Shown here piece after piece: positions 5,978 to 16,600 of a DNA stretch of 17,788 bases. The notes below the pieces were generated by a model. It did no database searches, was not told the DNA's origin, and saw nothing but the letters and a program-made list of their open reading frames with translations. The stretch's first letter is position 1; the number at the start of each line of letters is the position of its first letter. This stretch comes from a bacterium (GTDB taxonomy: Bacteria; Eisenbacteria; RBG-16-71-46). The stretch lies in NCBI GenBank assembly GCA_043779265.1, contig JAYWEM010000149.1, positions 1 through 17,788 on the forward strand, given 5' to 3'. The position numbers and the translations under genes are program-made.

Positions 5978-7606
5978 ATGCACAACCTCGTAGTGCGCGG
6001 CCCGATCGCCGATCTGTGGCAGAAGTTCCAAGACGATCCGGGGTCTGTGCCGCAGGAAGTCGCCTTGTGGGGAGAGGCTGGGGCCTCGAAATCGTGGTCG
6101 ATTCTGACGATGCTCCTGTGGCTTCCGCACCGCTACCCCAACGTGCCGGGCCGGATGCTGATCTGCCGCGACACCTACAAGTCGCTGGTGCGCTCGGCGT
6201 GCGTCACGATTCGGAAGATCCTGCCGCGCGGACATCCGGCGCTTGAAGGTCCGGGCGACGAGCACCGCGAGGAATACACTATCGGTGCGTGGACGATCAC
6301 CCTCTCCGGTCTCTCCGAACCGTCGCGGCTCTACTCGACCGAGTGGGACATCGTGTTCGTCGAAGAGGGGCGCGAGATCGGACTCAGGACGTGGGAGGAG
6401 TTCGGGCGTGGCTCGCGCAACTTCGCGCTGTACCGCTACGCCGAAGACGGCTCGCTTGCGCGCGACGAGTTCGGGAACCTGCTCGATCCGAACAAGCCGA
6501 GCGCGATCGACGTGCCGTTCTCGCTGACGATCCTTGCGACGAACCCGGACGCGAAGAACCACTGGATTCGGATGCGTGGTCTGTCGGGGAAGATGGCGTT
6601 CCTCCAGTCCACGATCCACGACAACCCGGCCTACTGGGACGCGGAGAAGGACGAAGTGACCGTCATGGGTGCGGCCTATCGGGCGCGCATGTCGAAGCTC
6701 ACGGGCGTTACGTATCGGCGTCTCGTGCTGGCCGAGTGGTGCAGCGCCGAGGGCGCGGTGTGGCTCGAGTGGGACCCCGAGCTTCACGTCCTGCGCGGTG
6801 CGCGCGCGGTCAAGAAGGACGACGAGGGCTGGGTGCTGCGTTCGGAGATCGAGCGACTCGGCATCGTCGAGTTCTACGCAGGCATCGACCTCGGCTACGA
6901 CAACGCGGGCGTCGCGGTCATCGGTGGCTACACGAAGGACCGCAAGATCGTCATCCTCGCGGAGTTGTTCCACTCGCACATGAGTCTGGCGTGGTGGAGC
7001 GAGTGGATCGTGAAGATTCACAAGCACTACCCGCTCACGCTGGCGTTCTGCGACCACAACCGTCCCGACTGGATCACGGCATGGAACGATGCGGTGGGAG
7101 CGCCGAGTGACGGTCCCGGCGCGATCTTCATTCGGGCCGACAAGGGCGTCGATCGCGGACTCGAGATCGTGCGGCGAAGGCTCTCGAGCCGCGATGGGCC
7201 GCCAACGCTGCACTTCGTTCACGACTCGTTGCTGCACTTGCCCGATGCCGACCTCATGGAGCGGCACGTCCCGTGGCAGACGGTGGACTGCATTCCGGGG
7301 TACGTCTACAAGCGGTCGAGCTACTCCGACGACAAGATCGACGACACCGCCTCAAGGCCCGACAAGCCCGACAAGTCGAAGGCCACTTCGGACGGCGCGG
7401 ATGCGCTGCGCTACCTGTGCGTGGGCCTCGAATACTTCGAGCCGGACGAGGGCAACGGGCTCAAGAAGAAGTCGAAGTACCGTGAGATGCTGCGCTGGAT
7501 CCACAAGCGCACGACCGGGGTGGAGCTTGCTGAAGACGACGAGATCCCGGACATTGACGAAGAGGATTGGATCGTAGACACCATCGTGCAGGGGCTTGGA
7601 CCATGA
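5978..7606 (+). CDS. terL: Terminase large subunit
   Basis: Walker A-like GEAGASKS, Walker B DIVFVEE, coupling motif ATNP, RNase H-like AGIDLG / FCDH / DGADALRY. Confidence 0.92.
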   Translation: MHNLVVRGPIADLWQKFQDDPGSVPQEVALWGEAGASKSWSILTMLLWLPHRYPNVPGRMLICRDTYKSLVRSACVTIRKILPRGHPALEGPGDEHREEYTIGAWTITLSGLSEPSRLYSTEWDIVFVEEGREIGLRTWEEFGRGSRNFALYRYAEDGSLARDEFGNLLDPNKPSAIDVPFSLTILATNPDAKNHWIRMRGLSGKMAFLQSTIHDNPAYWDAEKDEVTVMGAAYRARMSKLTGVTYRRLVLAEWCSAEGAVWLEWDPELHVLRGARAVKKDDEGWVLRSEIERLGIVEFYAGIDLGYDNAGVAVIGGYTKDRKIVILAELFHSHMSLAWWSEWIVKIHKHYPLTLAFCDHNRPDWITAWNDAVGAPSDGPGAIFIRADKGVDRGLEIVRRRLSSRDGPPTLHFVHDSLLHLPDADLMERHVPWQTVDCIPGYVYKRSSYSDDKIDDTASRPDKPDKSKATSDGADALRYLCVGLEYFEPDEGNGLKKKSKYREMLRWIHKRTTGVELAEDDEIPDIDEEDWIVDTIVQGLGP

Positions 7607-9516
7607 CGCTCGACACTTCTCCGAAGGCGATGTGGGACGAACTGGAGGCTTCGCGCCGACAGGTCGAGGCACAGACCAAGCACCGTGCCGACATGATTCG
7701 GCGCTACACGGGGCCCTACTACGACGAGGCCGAACAGCCTGGGCAGAAGGAACCGGAGAATCCCGCGTTCGAGTACCTCGCCACCGTTTCGTCGCTCATC
7801 ATGGCGGGCATCCCGCGTTGCTCGATCAAGACGCAGCGCGCGGATCGACCGATGTCCGCGTTGAAGGCGCGTGCGCTCCAGCACTCGACGAACCGTGTGA
7901 GCCGCGAACGCAACGACCGCGCGAAGTTCGAGAAGCTGTTCGTGGACTGGAACCTCGGCGCTGCCGTCTCCGTGCAGATGAGTCGCCCGTCGCGCGAGTA
8001 CGACGCAGGACCGCTCGACGGGCCGGTGTATCGACCCACGCTGGGTCGCGTGCGTCCTGAGCTGTGGCGACGTGACGCGCGTGCGACGGACTGGGAGGAC
8101 ACGCGCTGGCGCGGACACGGGGCCCTCACGTCGAAGAAGGGGCTCCTGATGCTGGCGAAGACCGAGCCGGGGTGGAAACCGGAGATCATCGATAGGTTGC
8201 GCGAAGAGAGCGGGCTCGACTCGCTCGTGCCCAAGGAGGGCGCGAACCTCTCTGGACGCGACGACGTGAAGATGTGGTGCGTGTGGGTGCCGGAGGAGCA
8301 ACTGGAAGAGGACCTCGGCCCCGAGGACGGCTTCAACGGCACGATGCACTACTACGCCGAGACGGAGCGCACGCGCTTCAACGGCACGAAGACGAATCCG
8401 CTGGAAGAGATCCGCGACCCGCAGTCGTGGTTTGGACCCGCGTGCGGCCCCTACCACATGGGCGGGCAGATGCACGTTCCCGATCGCATCCAGCCGTTGT
8501 CTGTGATGACCGCGATCGAGCAGATCGCGCGCACGTTGGGGATGCAGGCGTCGGTGATCGACGACGCGATCCGGCAGTTCAAGCGGTTCCTGCTCGAAGG
8601 CACGGGTCAGAAGAACCTCGGTGCGTTGCTCAAGGGCGTGCGACACAACGGCGTGCTCAAGGCTAAGGGTTTCCAGAAGGGCATGGCCGAGCAGTTCACG
8701 GTCGGCGGCATCGACAACACGATGCTGAGTGCCTACCAATACCTCCAGGACATGATGGACAAGCGCAGTGGCTTGTCGCAGACGCAGCGCGGCAACGCGA
8801 CCTCGAATACGACCGCGACGGCGGAGACGTATGCAGCGCAGGGCAGCAGTGCACGCATCGCGTTCTTGCGCGACAAGTGGTACTCGTTCGTGAACAGCAA
8901 TTTCTACGGCACCGCAGCGATGCTCGACCAGGATGATCGGTTCTGGATTCCGCCTCCGCCCGAGCTGGCCGAGCAGTTCCCCGAGGGGATCTTCGGTGGA
9001 CGCGAACCGGGTGAGATGTTCAGCGACTACGAGTTGAGCGTCGAAGCGTTGTCGATGCGGTATCGCAGTGAGGACGAGCGAGCAGCGGCAGCGGACTACG
9101 AGATCGCTCTGTTCGAGCGGATCGGGCCCTTCTCGTTGCAGAACCCGCACATCGACATCCCAGGCATCTTGCTCGATGTCGCGGACGCGCGCGGTGAGGC
9201 GTACCTGCCGAGCCGGTTCAACACGGAGCTGGCGAGCAACATTGCGGCGGTGATGCTGATGAACGCGATGGCCCCGGAGATGGCGTACCAGCCCGGCACC
9301 GTGCGGCAAGAGCCGTCGATGTCCCAGGACGTGCCGCAGGCGCGCACGGCGCAGCAGCAGCCAGCGGTGCCGCAGGCGAGCATGGCCGGTCCCGCGAAGC
9401 CGGGTGCGGCTGGGGCGCGTCCAGGGGCCAACCCGCTAGCCGGTGCGCGCTCGACGGGGGCCTCGCAGGGCAACCGGGCGCGGAAGTCAGGGAAGGTCGC
9501 GCAGGGGGCGTACTAA
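7603..9516 (+). CDS. Probable portal protein, 637 aa
   Basis: ATGA-coupled to terL. Size, SGLSQTQRG...TATA motif and low-complexity Q/A/P C-terminal tail are typical of podoviral portals. Confidence 0.8.
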   Translation: MTLDTSPKAMWDELEASRRQVEAQTKHRADMIRRYTGPYYDEAEQPGQKEPENPAFEYLATVSSLIMAGIPRCSIKTQRADRPMSALKARALQHSTNRVSRERNDRAKFEKLFVDWNLGAAVSVQMSRPSREYDAGPLDGPVYRPTLGRVRPELWRRDARATDWEDTRWRGHGALTSKKGLLMLAKTEPGWKPEIIDRLREESGLDSLVPKEGANLSGRDDVKMWCVWVPEEQLEEDLGPEDGFNGTMHYYAETERTRFNGTKTNPLEEIRDPQSWFGPACGPYHMGGQMHVPDRIQPLSVMTAIEQIARTLGMQASVIDDAIRQFKRFLLEGTGQKNLGALLKGVRHNGVLKAKGFQKGMAEQFTVGGIDNTMLSAYQYLQDMMDKRSGLSQTQRGNATSNTTATAETYAAQGSSARIAFLRDKWYSFVNSNFYGTAAMLDQDDRFWIPPPPELAEQFPEGIFGGREPGEMFSDYELSVEALSMRYRSEDERAAAADYEIALFERIGPFSLQNPHIDIPGILLDVADARGEAYLPSRFNTELASNIAAVMLMNAMAPEMAYQPGTVRQEPSMSQDVPQARTAQQQPAVPQASMAGPAKPGAAGARPGANPLAGARSTGASQGNRARKSGKVAQGAY

Positions 9517-9936
9517 GTGGGCACCGTCTTGTACGAGTTCACGGATGCGAAAACCGGCGAGGGCGTCGAGGAGTTCATGGACTCCGACTGCGCACCGCGC
9601 ATTGGCTCGCTCGTCACGATCAACGGGCGGCGACTGCGCCGCGTGGCGTCGTTGCCGCAGGCTCTCGTCGAGCCTGACTACCGGCACGTCGCGTGGCAGC
9701 TTCGCGCGAACGAACCGGGCGCACCGCGCTACGGAGCGAAGGGCACGCCCGAAGAAGGACAGCCGATCTTCAACTCCAAGAAGGAGATCCGCGAGTTCCA
9801 GGCCAAGAACGCCGACTACTACGGCACGAAGAAGAACGACTATGGATTCAGTACAGCAGGCCGAAGTCTCAAGCCAACCGTCGCAGCGAGCCCCCGCGGT
9901 CGAGGTCGTCGAAACGCCCGGAGAGCCGCGCAATAG
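9517..9936 (+). CDS. Small protein with a Cys-less FmdB-like N-terminus (VLYEFTDAKTGEGVEEFM)
   Basis: GTG directly after the portal TAA. The N-terminus matches the YEY-C..CG-..E pattern with the Cys residues replaced. Confidence 0.65.
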   Translation: MGTVLYEFTDAKTGEGVEEFMDSDCAPRIGSLVTINGRRLRRVASLPQALVEPDYRHVAWQLRANEPGAPRYGAKGTPEEGQPIFNSKKEIREFQAKNADYYGTKKNDYGFSTAGRSLKPTVAASPRGRGRRNARRAAQ

Positions 9937-10972
9937 GGGCGCACGCCAGCCCGTCCAGGACGGGTACGCACGGGCGCAGCCGCGTCAACGTAGCACGGAC
10001 GGCAAGTTCGCCGAGCGCGACCAGATCGTCGAGAAGTTCTCGATGCAGGACACCGCCGAGGTGCTCCGTCAGACGATGGGCATCGGCGTGGTGAAGGCGC
10101 TGGGCGTGGAGACGGACACGGGAGCACTTGACGGCGTGAAGCCGAAGGGGCAGGATCCGAAGCCGGTGAAGGACTCCGGTGAGGGCGCAACGCCCGCCGC
10201 AGCGACCGAAGCCACCTCCGCAGCCGACTCCACGAGCGAGCCCGCCAAGCCTTCCAGCGCAGAGCTGGATAAGGCGCGCAAGGCACTCGGGATGATGGGG
10301 CACGACGAGGATGATCTCGCGGCTCTGACCGACGAGCAGACGATCGCCCTTGGCAAGAAGGCGACCGCTCGGACGAAAGAGATCCAGCGAGAGAAGCGGG
10401 AAGCCGCCCAGGCGCGCAAGGTCCCGGCGAATCCGGCAACGACCGACGACGGTGACGACGACGGCTTGGAAGACATCGCGCGAGAACACTTCGCGGACTT
10501 CCAGGACGACGGGCACTTCGGCAAGTCGCTCGCAGGCTTCGCGCGAGACGTGAACGCACGAGGCGCGGAACACGCGAAAGCGCAGGTCGAGGCTCTCAGG
10601 GAGTCGTTCTCGAAGGAGATCACCACCACGATGGAGACTCTGAAAGAGGCGATGACCGTCGAGATCGGAGTCCGCGCACTGGCGAGTCGGTTCCCGCAAG
10701 CAACGACACAAGAAGGCCGCAAGGCGTTCAACGAACGCTACGCCACGCTCCGCACGGGGAAGGATGCGCCCGATACGCATGAAGCGATCGAGCAGACAGC
10801 CGCCTCCTTGTGGGCTTCAGCGCAGCTTCGGGCAGACGCGGAGCGGAAGGCGAAAATCAGAGCCGCCAAGCAGGGCGGTCACTCCGCCGTCGCGTCGCAG
10901 GGGGAACCTCAGAAGCAAGAGAAGGTGATGGACACCTTCCGTAACGCTGCGAGGCAACACCTGTCGGGCTGA
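9842..10972 (+). CDS. Probable capsid scaffolding protein, 376 aa
   Basis: Between portal and capsid; charged, low-complexity and helical; RSTDGKFA motif; acidic DDGDDDG linker. Start codon uncertain. Confidence 0.7.
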   Translation: MDSVQQAEVSSQPSQRAPAVEVVETPGEPRNRGARQPVQDGYARAQPRQRSTDGKFAERDQIVEKFSMQDTAEVLRQTMGIGVVKALGVETDTGALDGVKPKGQDPKPVKDSGEGATPAAATEATSAADSTSEPAKPSSAELDKARKALGMMGHDEDDLAALTDEQTIALGKKATARTKEIQREKREAAQARKVPANPATTDDGDDDGLEDIAREHFADFQDDGHFGKSLAGFARDVNARGAEHAKAQVEALRESFSKEITTTMETLKEAMTVEIGVRALASRFPQATTQEGRKAFNERYATLRTGKDAPDTHEAIEQTAASLWASAQLRADAERKAKIRAAKQGGHSAVASQGEPQKQEKVMDTFRNAARQHLSG

Positions 10973-10976
10973 CGGC

Positions 10977-11034
10977 GATCGGTGGCTGACTTGGTTGGAG
11001 GCAGGGTCTCCAACCAAACACAGCAGAAACGATC
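10977..11034 (+). promoter_or_regulatory. Long interrupted hairpin filling the spacer before the capsid gene
   Basis: TTGGTTGGAG(10991-11000)/CTCCAACCAA(11008-11017); GCTG/CAGC; GATCG(10977-10981)/CGATC(11030-11034). Confidence 0.65.
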
Positions 11035-12195
11035 ATGGCCAACCTGAGCGCATTCGGCGCTGCTCTTGCGACCGTCGCATCGAAGGTCGTCACCGGGCAG
11101 AAGTTCATCCACAACATCGCGCAGCAGAAGAACTACGCGAGCCTCTACTACTTCTACATGGGACGGCGAATGAGCGACATGCTCCGCGCCGGTTCCGACG
11201 TGCGTGCGCGCGTCAAGTTCTCGGTCGGCTCACAGGCCGACTGGTACAGCGCGGCGACCGCCGAGCACGCTGCGTCAATCAGCGAAGATGGTGCATGGGC
11301 CATCGCGTACTGGTGCACCCACATGGCGCACGAGTCGTGGAAGGAAGAGGAGCTGCTCGTCAACTCGGGCGGCACTTCCGAGGGCTCGCTCGCGGAAGAG
11401 ACCTGGAGCCAGGAACTCTGGAACAAGTACCAGTCGCTGATGACCTCGCTGCACGGATCGCTCGCCGCGACCTTCTGGCGTAGGCCGAGCAACACCGACA
11501 TGAACGGTACGGACCCGCTCCGTCCGTGCTCGATTCCTGTGTACCTCAACCCGATGGTGGACGGCCTCTTCAGGGAGGACGCCTCGAACATCTGGGCCAC
11601 GATCCACGGGATCAACCCGGTCGCGCAGACCGGTTATCTGCCGTATCGCGGCACCTACTCGAGCTTCACGAACCTCGACAACACCTCGCTGGTCTACGCG
11701 CTCTCGCTGGCGATGCGTCAGACGACCTTCGCTCCGCCGCCCGTCAACCAGGAATACTTCGTGGACGAGGACGACGGTGAGATGGAGAACGACAAGGGTG
11801 TCATCTTCGCCTCGGCCGTCGGCGTCACGCGGGCCGAGCAGAGCTATCGCGGCTACCAGGACCGCTGGGCCGATGCGTGGGACCCCTTCGGCAACCCGCG
11901 CTTCAAGGGCTGCCAGTTGGTGCACGAGGCGCAGCTCGACACCGCCGCGATCCACCCAGACGCGAGCGGCTACGGCAACGCTCTGGAGACGGCGGCACTC
12001 GTCACCGGCCCGCGCTACTACGGCGTCAACACGAAGTACATGAAGACGTACTTCCACCGCAGTCGCTTCCTCAAGTTCCTGGATACGTTCCGCATTGGCC
12101 AGACGACGTGGCAACAGGGCGTCAACTCGATGGGCACGATGCTCTGCCCCGACCGGAGCAAGCACTTCCTCCTGTCGCCGTCCGTGAACGTCTGA
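11035..12195 (+). CDS. Probable major capsid protein (HK97 fold inferred), 386 aa
   Basis: Position after the scaffold, size, strong codon bias, and C-terminal YYGVNTKYMKTYF beta pattern. Confidence 0.8.
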   Translation: MANLSAFGAALATVASKVVTGQKFIHNIAQQKNYASLYYFYMGRRMSDMLRAGSDVRARVKFSVGSQADWYSAATAEHAASISEDGAWAIAYWCTHMAHESWKEEELLVNSGGTSEGSLAEETWSQELWNKYQSLMTSLHGSLAATFWRRPSNTDMNGTDPLRPCSIPVYLNPMVDGLFREDASNIWATIHGINPVAQTGYLPYRGTYSSFTNLDNTSLVYALSLAMRQTTFAPPPVNQEYFVDEDDGEMENDKGVIFASAVGVTRAEQSYRGYQDRWADAWDPFGNPRFKGCQLVHEAQLDTAAIHPDASGYGNALETAALVTGPRYYGVNTKYMKTYFHRSRFLKFLDTFRIGQTTWQQGVNSMGTMLCPDRSKHFLLSPSVNV

Positions 12196-12196
12196 T

Positions 12197-12218
12197 CCAA
12201 ACCAACCAACCAACCAAC
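12197..12218 (+). repeat. (CCAA)n microsatellite-like leader before an SD (AAGGA)
   Basis: CCAAACCAACCAACCAACCAAC lies between the capsid stop and ATG 12234. Confidence 0.8.
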
Positions 12219-12233
12219 ACAAGGAACAAACTC

Positions 12234-12815
12234 ATGAATGCGAATGCTTCTTTCCCCCCGTGGGTCACCGAGGCCATGCTGATCGGCGTCGGCGGCGTCA
12301 CCACGACCGGTACCGCCTCCCCGTTCCGCACTCTCAGGTGGAAGTGCTGGAACCGTACGGGCGCCAACCTCGAGATCGGTGGCGTCTACATGCTTGACAT
12401 GACGTGGAGCCAAGCGGAGACGACCAACCTCAGTTGGCTGGACCCCGCTTCGTGCTGGCGCAACATCGTCGCCATCGGCACCCACACCACCGGCAGCGGC
12501 ACGGCGCAAACGCCCTTGATCTCCACCGGCATTTACTGTGTCGCCACGGCAGTTGCGGCAGACAACACGGAAACAGAAATGGTCTTCGCGTCTCCATCGA
12601 TCAACGTCCTCACCATCGCAGCGATCACGCTCTCGTGGTATCCGCGATGGTCGGGCTTGACGGGGGTGGCTGCGGGGGTCACAAGCGCCACGATCGGGGC
12701 TGGTAACGGCCTCTACAACAGGCAGATCGGTCGCACCTTGGTTGGCACGCAAGACGGATCTACGACGGTCGGCGCTCTTCGGAGCTGCATGTTCTACGGC
12801 TTCGGCATGAACTGA
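12234..12815 (+). CDS. Probable capsid decoration/cement-like protein, 193 aa
   Basis: Follows the capsid gene and precedes the terminator; G/T/A-rich beta protein; SD AAGGA. Confidence 0.6.
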   Translation: MNANASFPPWVTEAMLIGVGGVTTTGTASPFRTLRWKCWNRTGANLEIGGVYMLDMTWSQAETTNLSWLDPASCWRNIVAIGTHTTGSGTAQTPLISTGIYCVATAVAADNTETEMVFASPSINVLTIAAITLSWYPRWSGLTGVAAGVTSATIGAGNGLYNRQIGRTLVGTQDGSTTVGALRSCMFYGFGMN

Positions 12816-12824
12816 TGGGGTGAT

Positions 12825-12862
12825 GGGCGCGGGCTCACCTTCGCGGTGGGCTCGCGCTTTCC
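12825..12862 (+). terminator. Intrinsic terminator-like hairpin after the capsid genes
   Basis: GCGCGGGCTCACC-TTCGC-GGTGGGCTCGCGC, a 13-bp stem with 2 G-U pairs, then only TTT, so probably leaky. Confidence 0.65.
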
Positions 12863-12889
12863 GTACAACGTGCGCGCGAGGAGGATTCG

Positions 12890-13648
12890 ATGGCTGATGA
12901 ACTGACCGTCGCACGACTGCAAGAGCGCGTGGCGCGCAACCTCGGATGGCGTCGTCCGTCCGACTGGCCGGGCTCCATGCCGATCACGGAGGTCGCTAAC
13001 GAGGCGGGCGAGTGGCTCGTCTCGACGCACGACTGGAACTGGCTGATCCGGCCTCCGATCTACCTCGCGCTCGTCACGGGGCAGGGCTACTGCACGCTCC
13101 CCGAAGACTTCACGCGCTTCCTCGCCATCACAAGCGCGACGAACAGCTCCTACGGCATCCGCATCGAGACGATGGCCGAGGTTGGCCGCGCGCGTGCGCG
13201 GAGCCTCGGGCGTGAGGGCTACTACGTCGGGGCGTTCGGCACCAACCTGCCGACGACGAATGGCCCGAAGGCGGCGATCCAGCTCGCACTCGGCCCGGTG
13301 CCAGACGAGTCGATCGCTCAGGCGTTCGTGCTGACCTACAAGGGGGGCTGGATCACGGTGGACGCCGCGAGCGATCACATCGTCGTGCCGTCGTTCATCA
13401 CGGCGATCTACGTCCGTGCGGTGACCGCGTACGTCGGTGGACAGGAGCACGAGGCGCGCGGGAGCGTCGAGGACCGGCTGGACCGGCTCGTGGGGTCGTC
13501 GTTGTGGCAGGCATCTGTGGAGCGCGACGACACGATGCAGCAAGACCTCGGGCAGATGCGAAACGGCGTCGGCTACATGAGCATGTCCGACGACGACGAC
13601 TACCCGTTCCGGCAGCACACGGGCTCCGTGCCAATCGTGGTGAGTTGA
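12890..13648 (+). CDS. Probable head-tail adaptor / tail tubular protein A-like, 252 aa
   Basis: SD GAGGAGG; NEAGEWL...HDWNWL...VTGQGYCTLPEDF pattern typical of podoviral adaptors; synteny. Confidence 0.7.
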   Translation: MADELTVARLQERVARNLGWRRPSDWPGSMPITEVANEAGEWLVSTHDWNWLIRPPIYLALVTGQGYCTLPEDFTRFLAITSATNSSYGIRIETMAEVGRARARSLGREGYYVGAFGTNLPTTNGPKAAIQLALGPVPDESIAQAFVLTYKGGWITVDAASDHIVVPSFITAIYVRAVTAYVGGQEHEARGSVEDRLDRLVGSSLWQASVERDDTMQQDLGQMRNGVGYMSMSDDDDYPFRQHTGSVPIVVS

Positions 13649-13651
13649 CGC

Positions 13652-16600
13652 ATGGACATCGAACTGCCGCTGAAGATGCTCTCGGACATCCTGGGGGCCG
13701 ACCGTCAGGAGAAGGGCACGACGCGAGACGCGTTGAACGTCACGCCGCTCGATCCGGTCGATCTTGTCGAGGGGATCGCGCAGCGGTCTGGGCAGATCAA
13801 GCACACGAGCGCGGCGGTGGTTGTGGGTACGAAGGTCTCGCACCTCGCGCAGATCGTCTACGACAACCCGAGCCACACCTACGCGAACCTTGCCAGCGCA
13901 GGTTGCGTGGTGGAGTGGGACACGGAGGCGGAGAACAGGTCGAACGTCTACGCGGGTGCACGCGACGACCTCGGCAACTACTTCTACGTCGATGGTGCGG
14001 CGGGGCTCGTCAAGATCAACAAGAGCGGGCGCAAGGTGTGGCGCATCGCGCTGCCCGCCGCTGAACCGGGCTCGATCGTGCGCGCGGTTGCGGTGGACCT
14101 CGCTGGCCGCATCTATGCGGCGGTCTCGGCGGGCGTGCAGCCGGAAGACGCGAGGGTGTGGTGCTACCAGCCGATCGAAGAGGACAAGCCGCCCGAGCTT
14201 CTGTGGACGTTGGAGCCGGGGTGGCTGACGGAAGAACTGTGGGTTGATGGCGCGACGTTGCAGGCATCACAGAACGATCCGATCGGTCTCTTCTCGCGCA
14301 TGGCGCTCTACTCGGGGCTGGGGCTTGCGACTCCGACGCTGATCCGCGAGTGGGAGATTCCCTACCCGGTGAATGGGCACCACTTTTCTCCGAAGGACGG
14401 CTCGATCTTCACGGCTCACCAGCCGAACGCGCAACGCACGATGACGCCGCGCTCGCCCGAGACCACGGGTAGCCGTGAGGACTGGACGCCGCGCAACCTC
14501 GACAGCTACGGGCTGCGTGTGTGGTCGTGGGTCGATGCGGACGATGTGGACGGCCAAGGCGCGGGCAACGTGGACTACAAGGCGGGCGAGCAAGTGATCG
14601 CGCTCGTGGACAAGACGGGCAACGGTCGCGGGTTCGTGCCGTACTCGACGGACACGGGGCCGACGATGCGGAAGGGCGGAATCGCTGGGCGCGATTCGCT
14701 CTACTTCAACGGCACGTCGAACTCGATGGTGAGCGAGGCGGGCGTCTCGATCGATACGCAGGTCAGAGGGATCAATCGATCATTTCTGCCCTGCTACACG
14801 AAGGCGCAGTTCGCTTGCTTCATGGTCGTTCGCCTGCCCCTCGAAGCCACGACGCGCGTGCTGCTGGGGCAGTCGAACAGCGGCACCGAGAATCGCTGCC
14901 TAACTCAGAATGCGGGCATCCGCCTCATCGGGGCAACTCCGACCTACGAGGGTGCCGTTGGCGTTGCGGGGGTTTACGAGAGCGCCGCTGGAGCGAGCGG
15001 TCCAACGATCCTATCGAGCGCGGTCCCTCTTCCCGGAGGGTTCGATGAAACAGGGCTTACGCTGATTACATGGATTCACGACGGCGGCTATGACGACGTA
15101 GCAGTCAATCCGACGCGATCCACATTCCGTGTGAACGGTAGGCCGTGCGACCGGTGGACAAGCGCAACCATCTTCGCCTCGCTGAGGGCTGTTCACCTGG
15201 GACGATCCGTCGATGGACATGTCCAGTTCACAGGGATGGGGAGAATGCTTGGTGACTTCTGCGAGTCGATCGTGCTCTCCGACTGGTACGTCGCTGGCTT
15301 CGCATCAACGTCGGTGTTAGCGCAGAAGCAACTCATCACGACGCCGCGATACCCTGACCTTGCGTGGTCCGCTGACGGCGACACCGAACTAGAGCGCATC
15401 GAAGGCTATCTAGCGCACAAGTGGGGTCTCGCGCACAAGCTGTCCACGGGCCAGGCGGCGGTGTTCTTGGACACAAACGACCCGCTGAACAACGAGACGG
15501 TCACGATCGATGGTGTCCAGTACACGTTCAAGACGTCCCTCTCGGCTGGGCCGACCATTGCGAACGAGATCGTGCGCGGAACGCAGCACTGGACTTCGTT
15601 GACAAACCTCTATTTCGCCATCAACGGCGCAGGGGTTGCGGGCACGAACTACAGCGTCGGGACAGTCCAGCACCCGACCGTGTTCTCTCCAGCGAGGCTC
15701 TACAACACAGAGACCACCGGAGTGAATGTGGCCGTGGTTGTGCAGCGCCGGGATCCGCGTGTGTTTGCGACGTTCGCAACGTCGGAGGCCGTAGGAACCG
15801 GGTCTTGGCTGAACGGCGCGGCCAGCATCTCCGCTCGTGACGGCGCTGGAGTCAACACGGGGCATTACCCGCACTCGTTCTTCCTGTTTCGGGCCTACAA
15901 CTCAACCGGCGGCGGCACTCCTATTTCGCGTGGAGGTCCTCCGCGCACGAACTCGATCGGAGTCACGTTCCCGAGCGTCGTCGGTGCGCTGATCTCGCCC
16001 TATGGGATGATGGTCAAATGGGACCCGGCCAACGGCAAGGCGCGCAACTTGCTGACCACGGACGGGGTTGGAAATGGCTTCGAGCTTCTGCCGATTGGCG
16101 GCGTTGGCTACGGCGTGCGGATCGGAAGCGATGGGTCGGTGTTCACCATCGGGCCGAGACAGGCAGCGGTGACGGCGCTTGGCATCAGCGCGGACCCGAT
16201 CGACGTGCGGAAGTATTGGGACAAGGGCGCTGAGGACACGGGGCTCGGGGCGACGAGTGGCTGGGCGACTGCGCTCGGCGCAACGGCGATCACGAACTGG
16301 GAGGCGAACCCCGGCGCGCAGACCTACGCCTATCCGCGCATGGACGTGGACGAATGGGACAACGTCTACGTTCCGATCTACCAGGTGGCGAACGGCACGT
16401 CGCTCGCGGTGTACGCGAAGCTCGGGATAGGCACGGGCTCGTTCAACGCGGATCCGTTGCTTGTCCTCGTGGATCTCACGAACGATCCGAAGGCGCACGC
16501 GGTCCTGATCGACCCCGAGGTGCCCGAGTTCCCTGCGGGCTACTCGAAGCCGCGTGTCGAAAAGGTGCTGCTCCTCACGGAGCGGCCGACCACGACGAAC

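Noticed and set aside
797..9936. Amber (TAG) recoding, as many genes end in TAG
   Set aside because: In the junctions checked, the downstream gene is in a different frame, and core genes are uninterrupted under the standard code.
11877..12233. -1 frameshift fusing the capsid to the downstream protein (T7 10A/10B-like), since the -1 frame is open
   Set aside because: No slippery heptamer near the capsid stop; the downstream gene has its own SD; open alternative frames are common at this GC content.
5846..13876. Long minus-strand ORFs (e.g. 5846-7267, 7411-9309, 11275-12222, 12794-13876)
   Set aside because: Antisense shadows of GC3-biased + strand genes; Arg/His-rich with no recognisable motifs.
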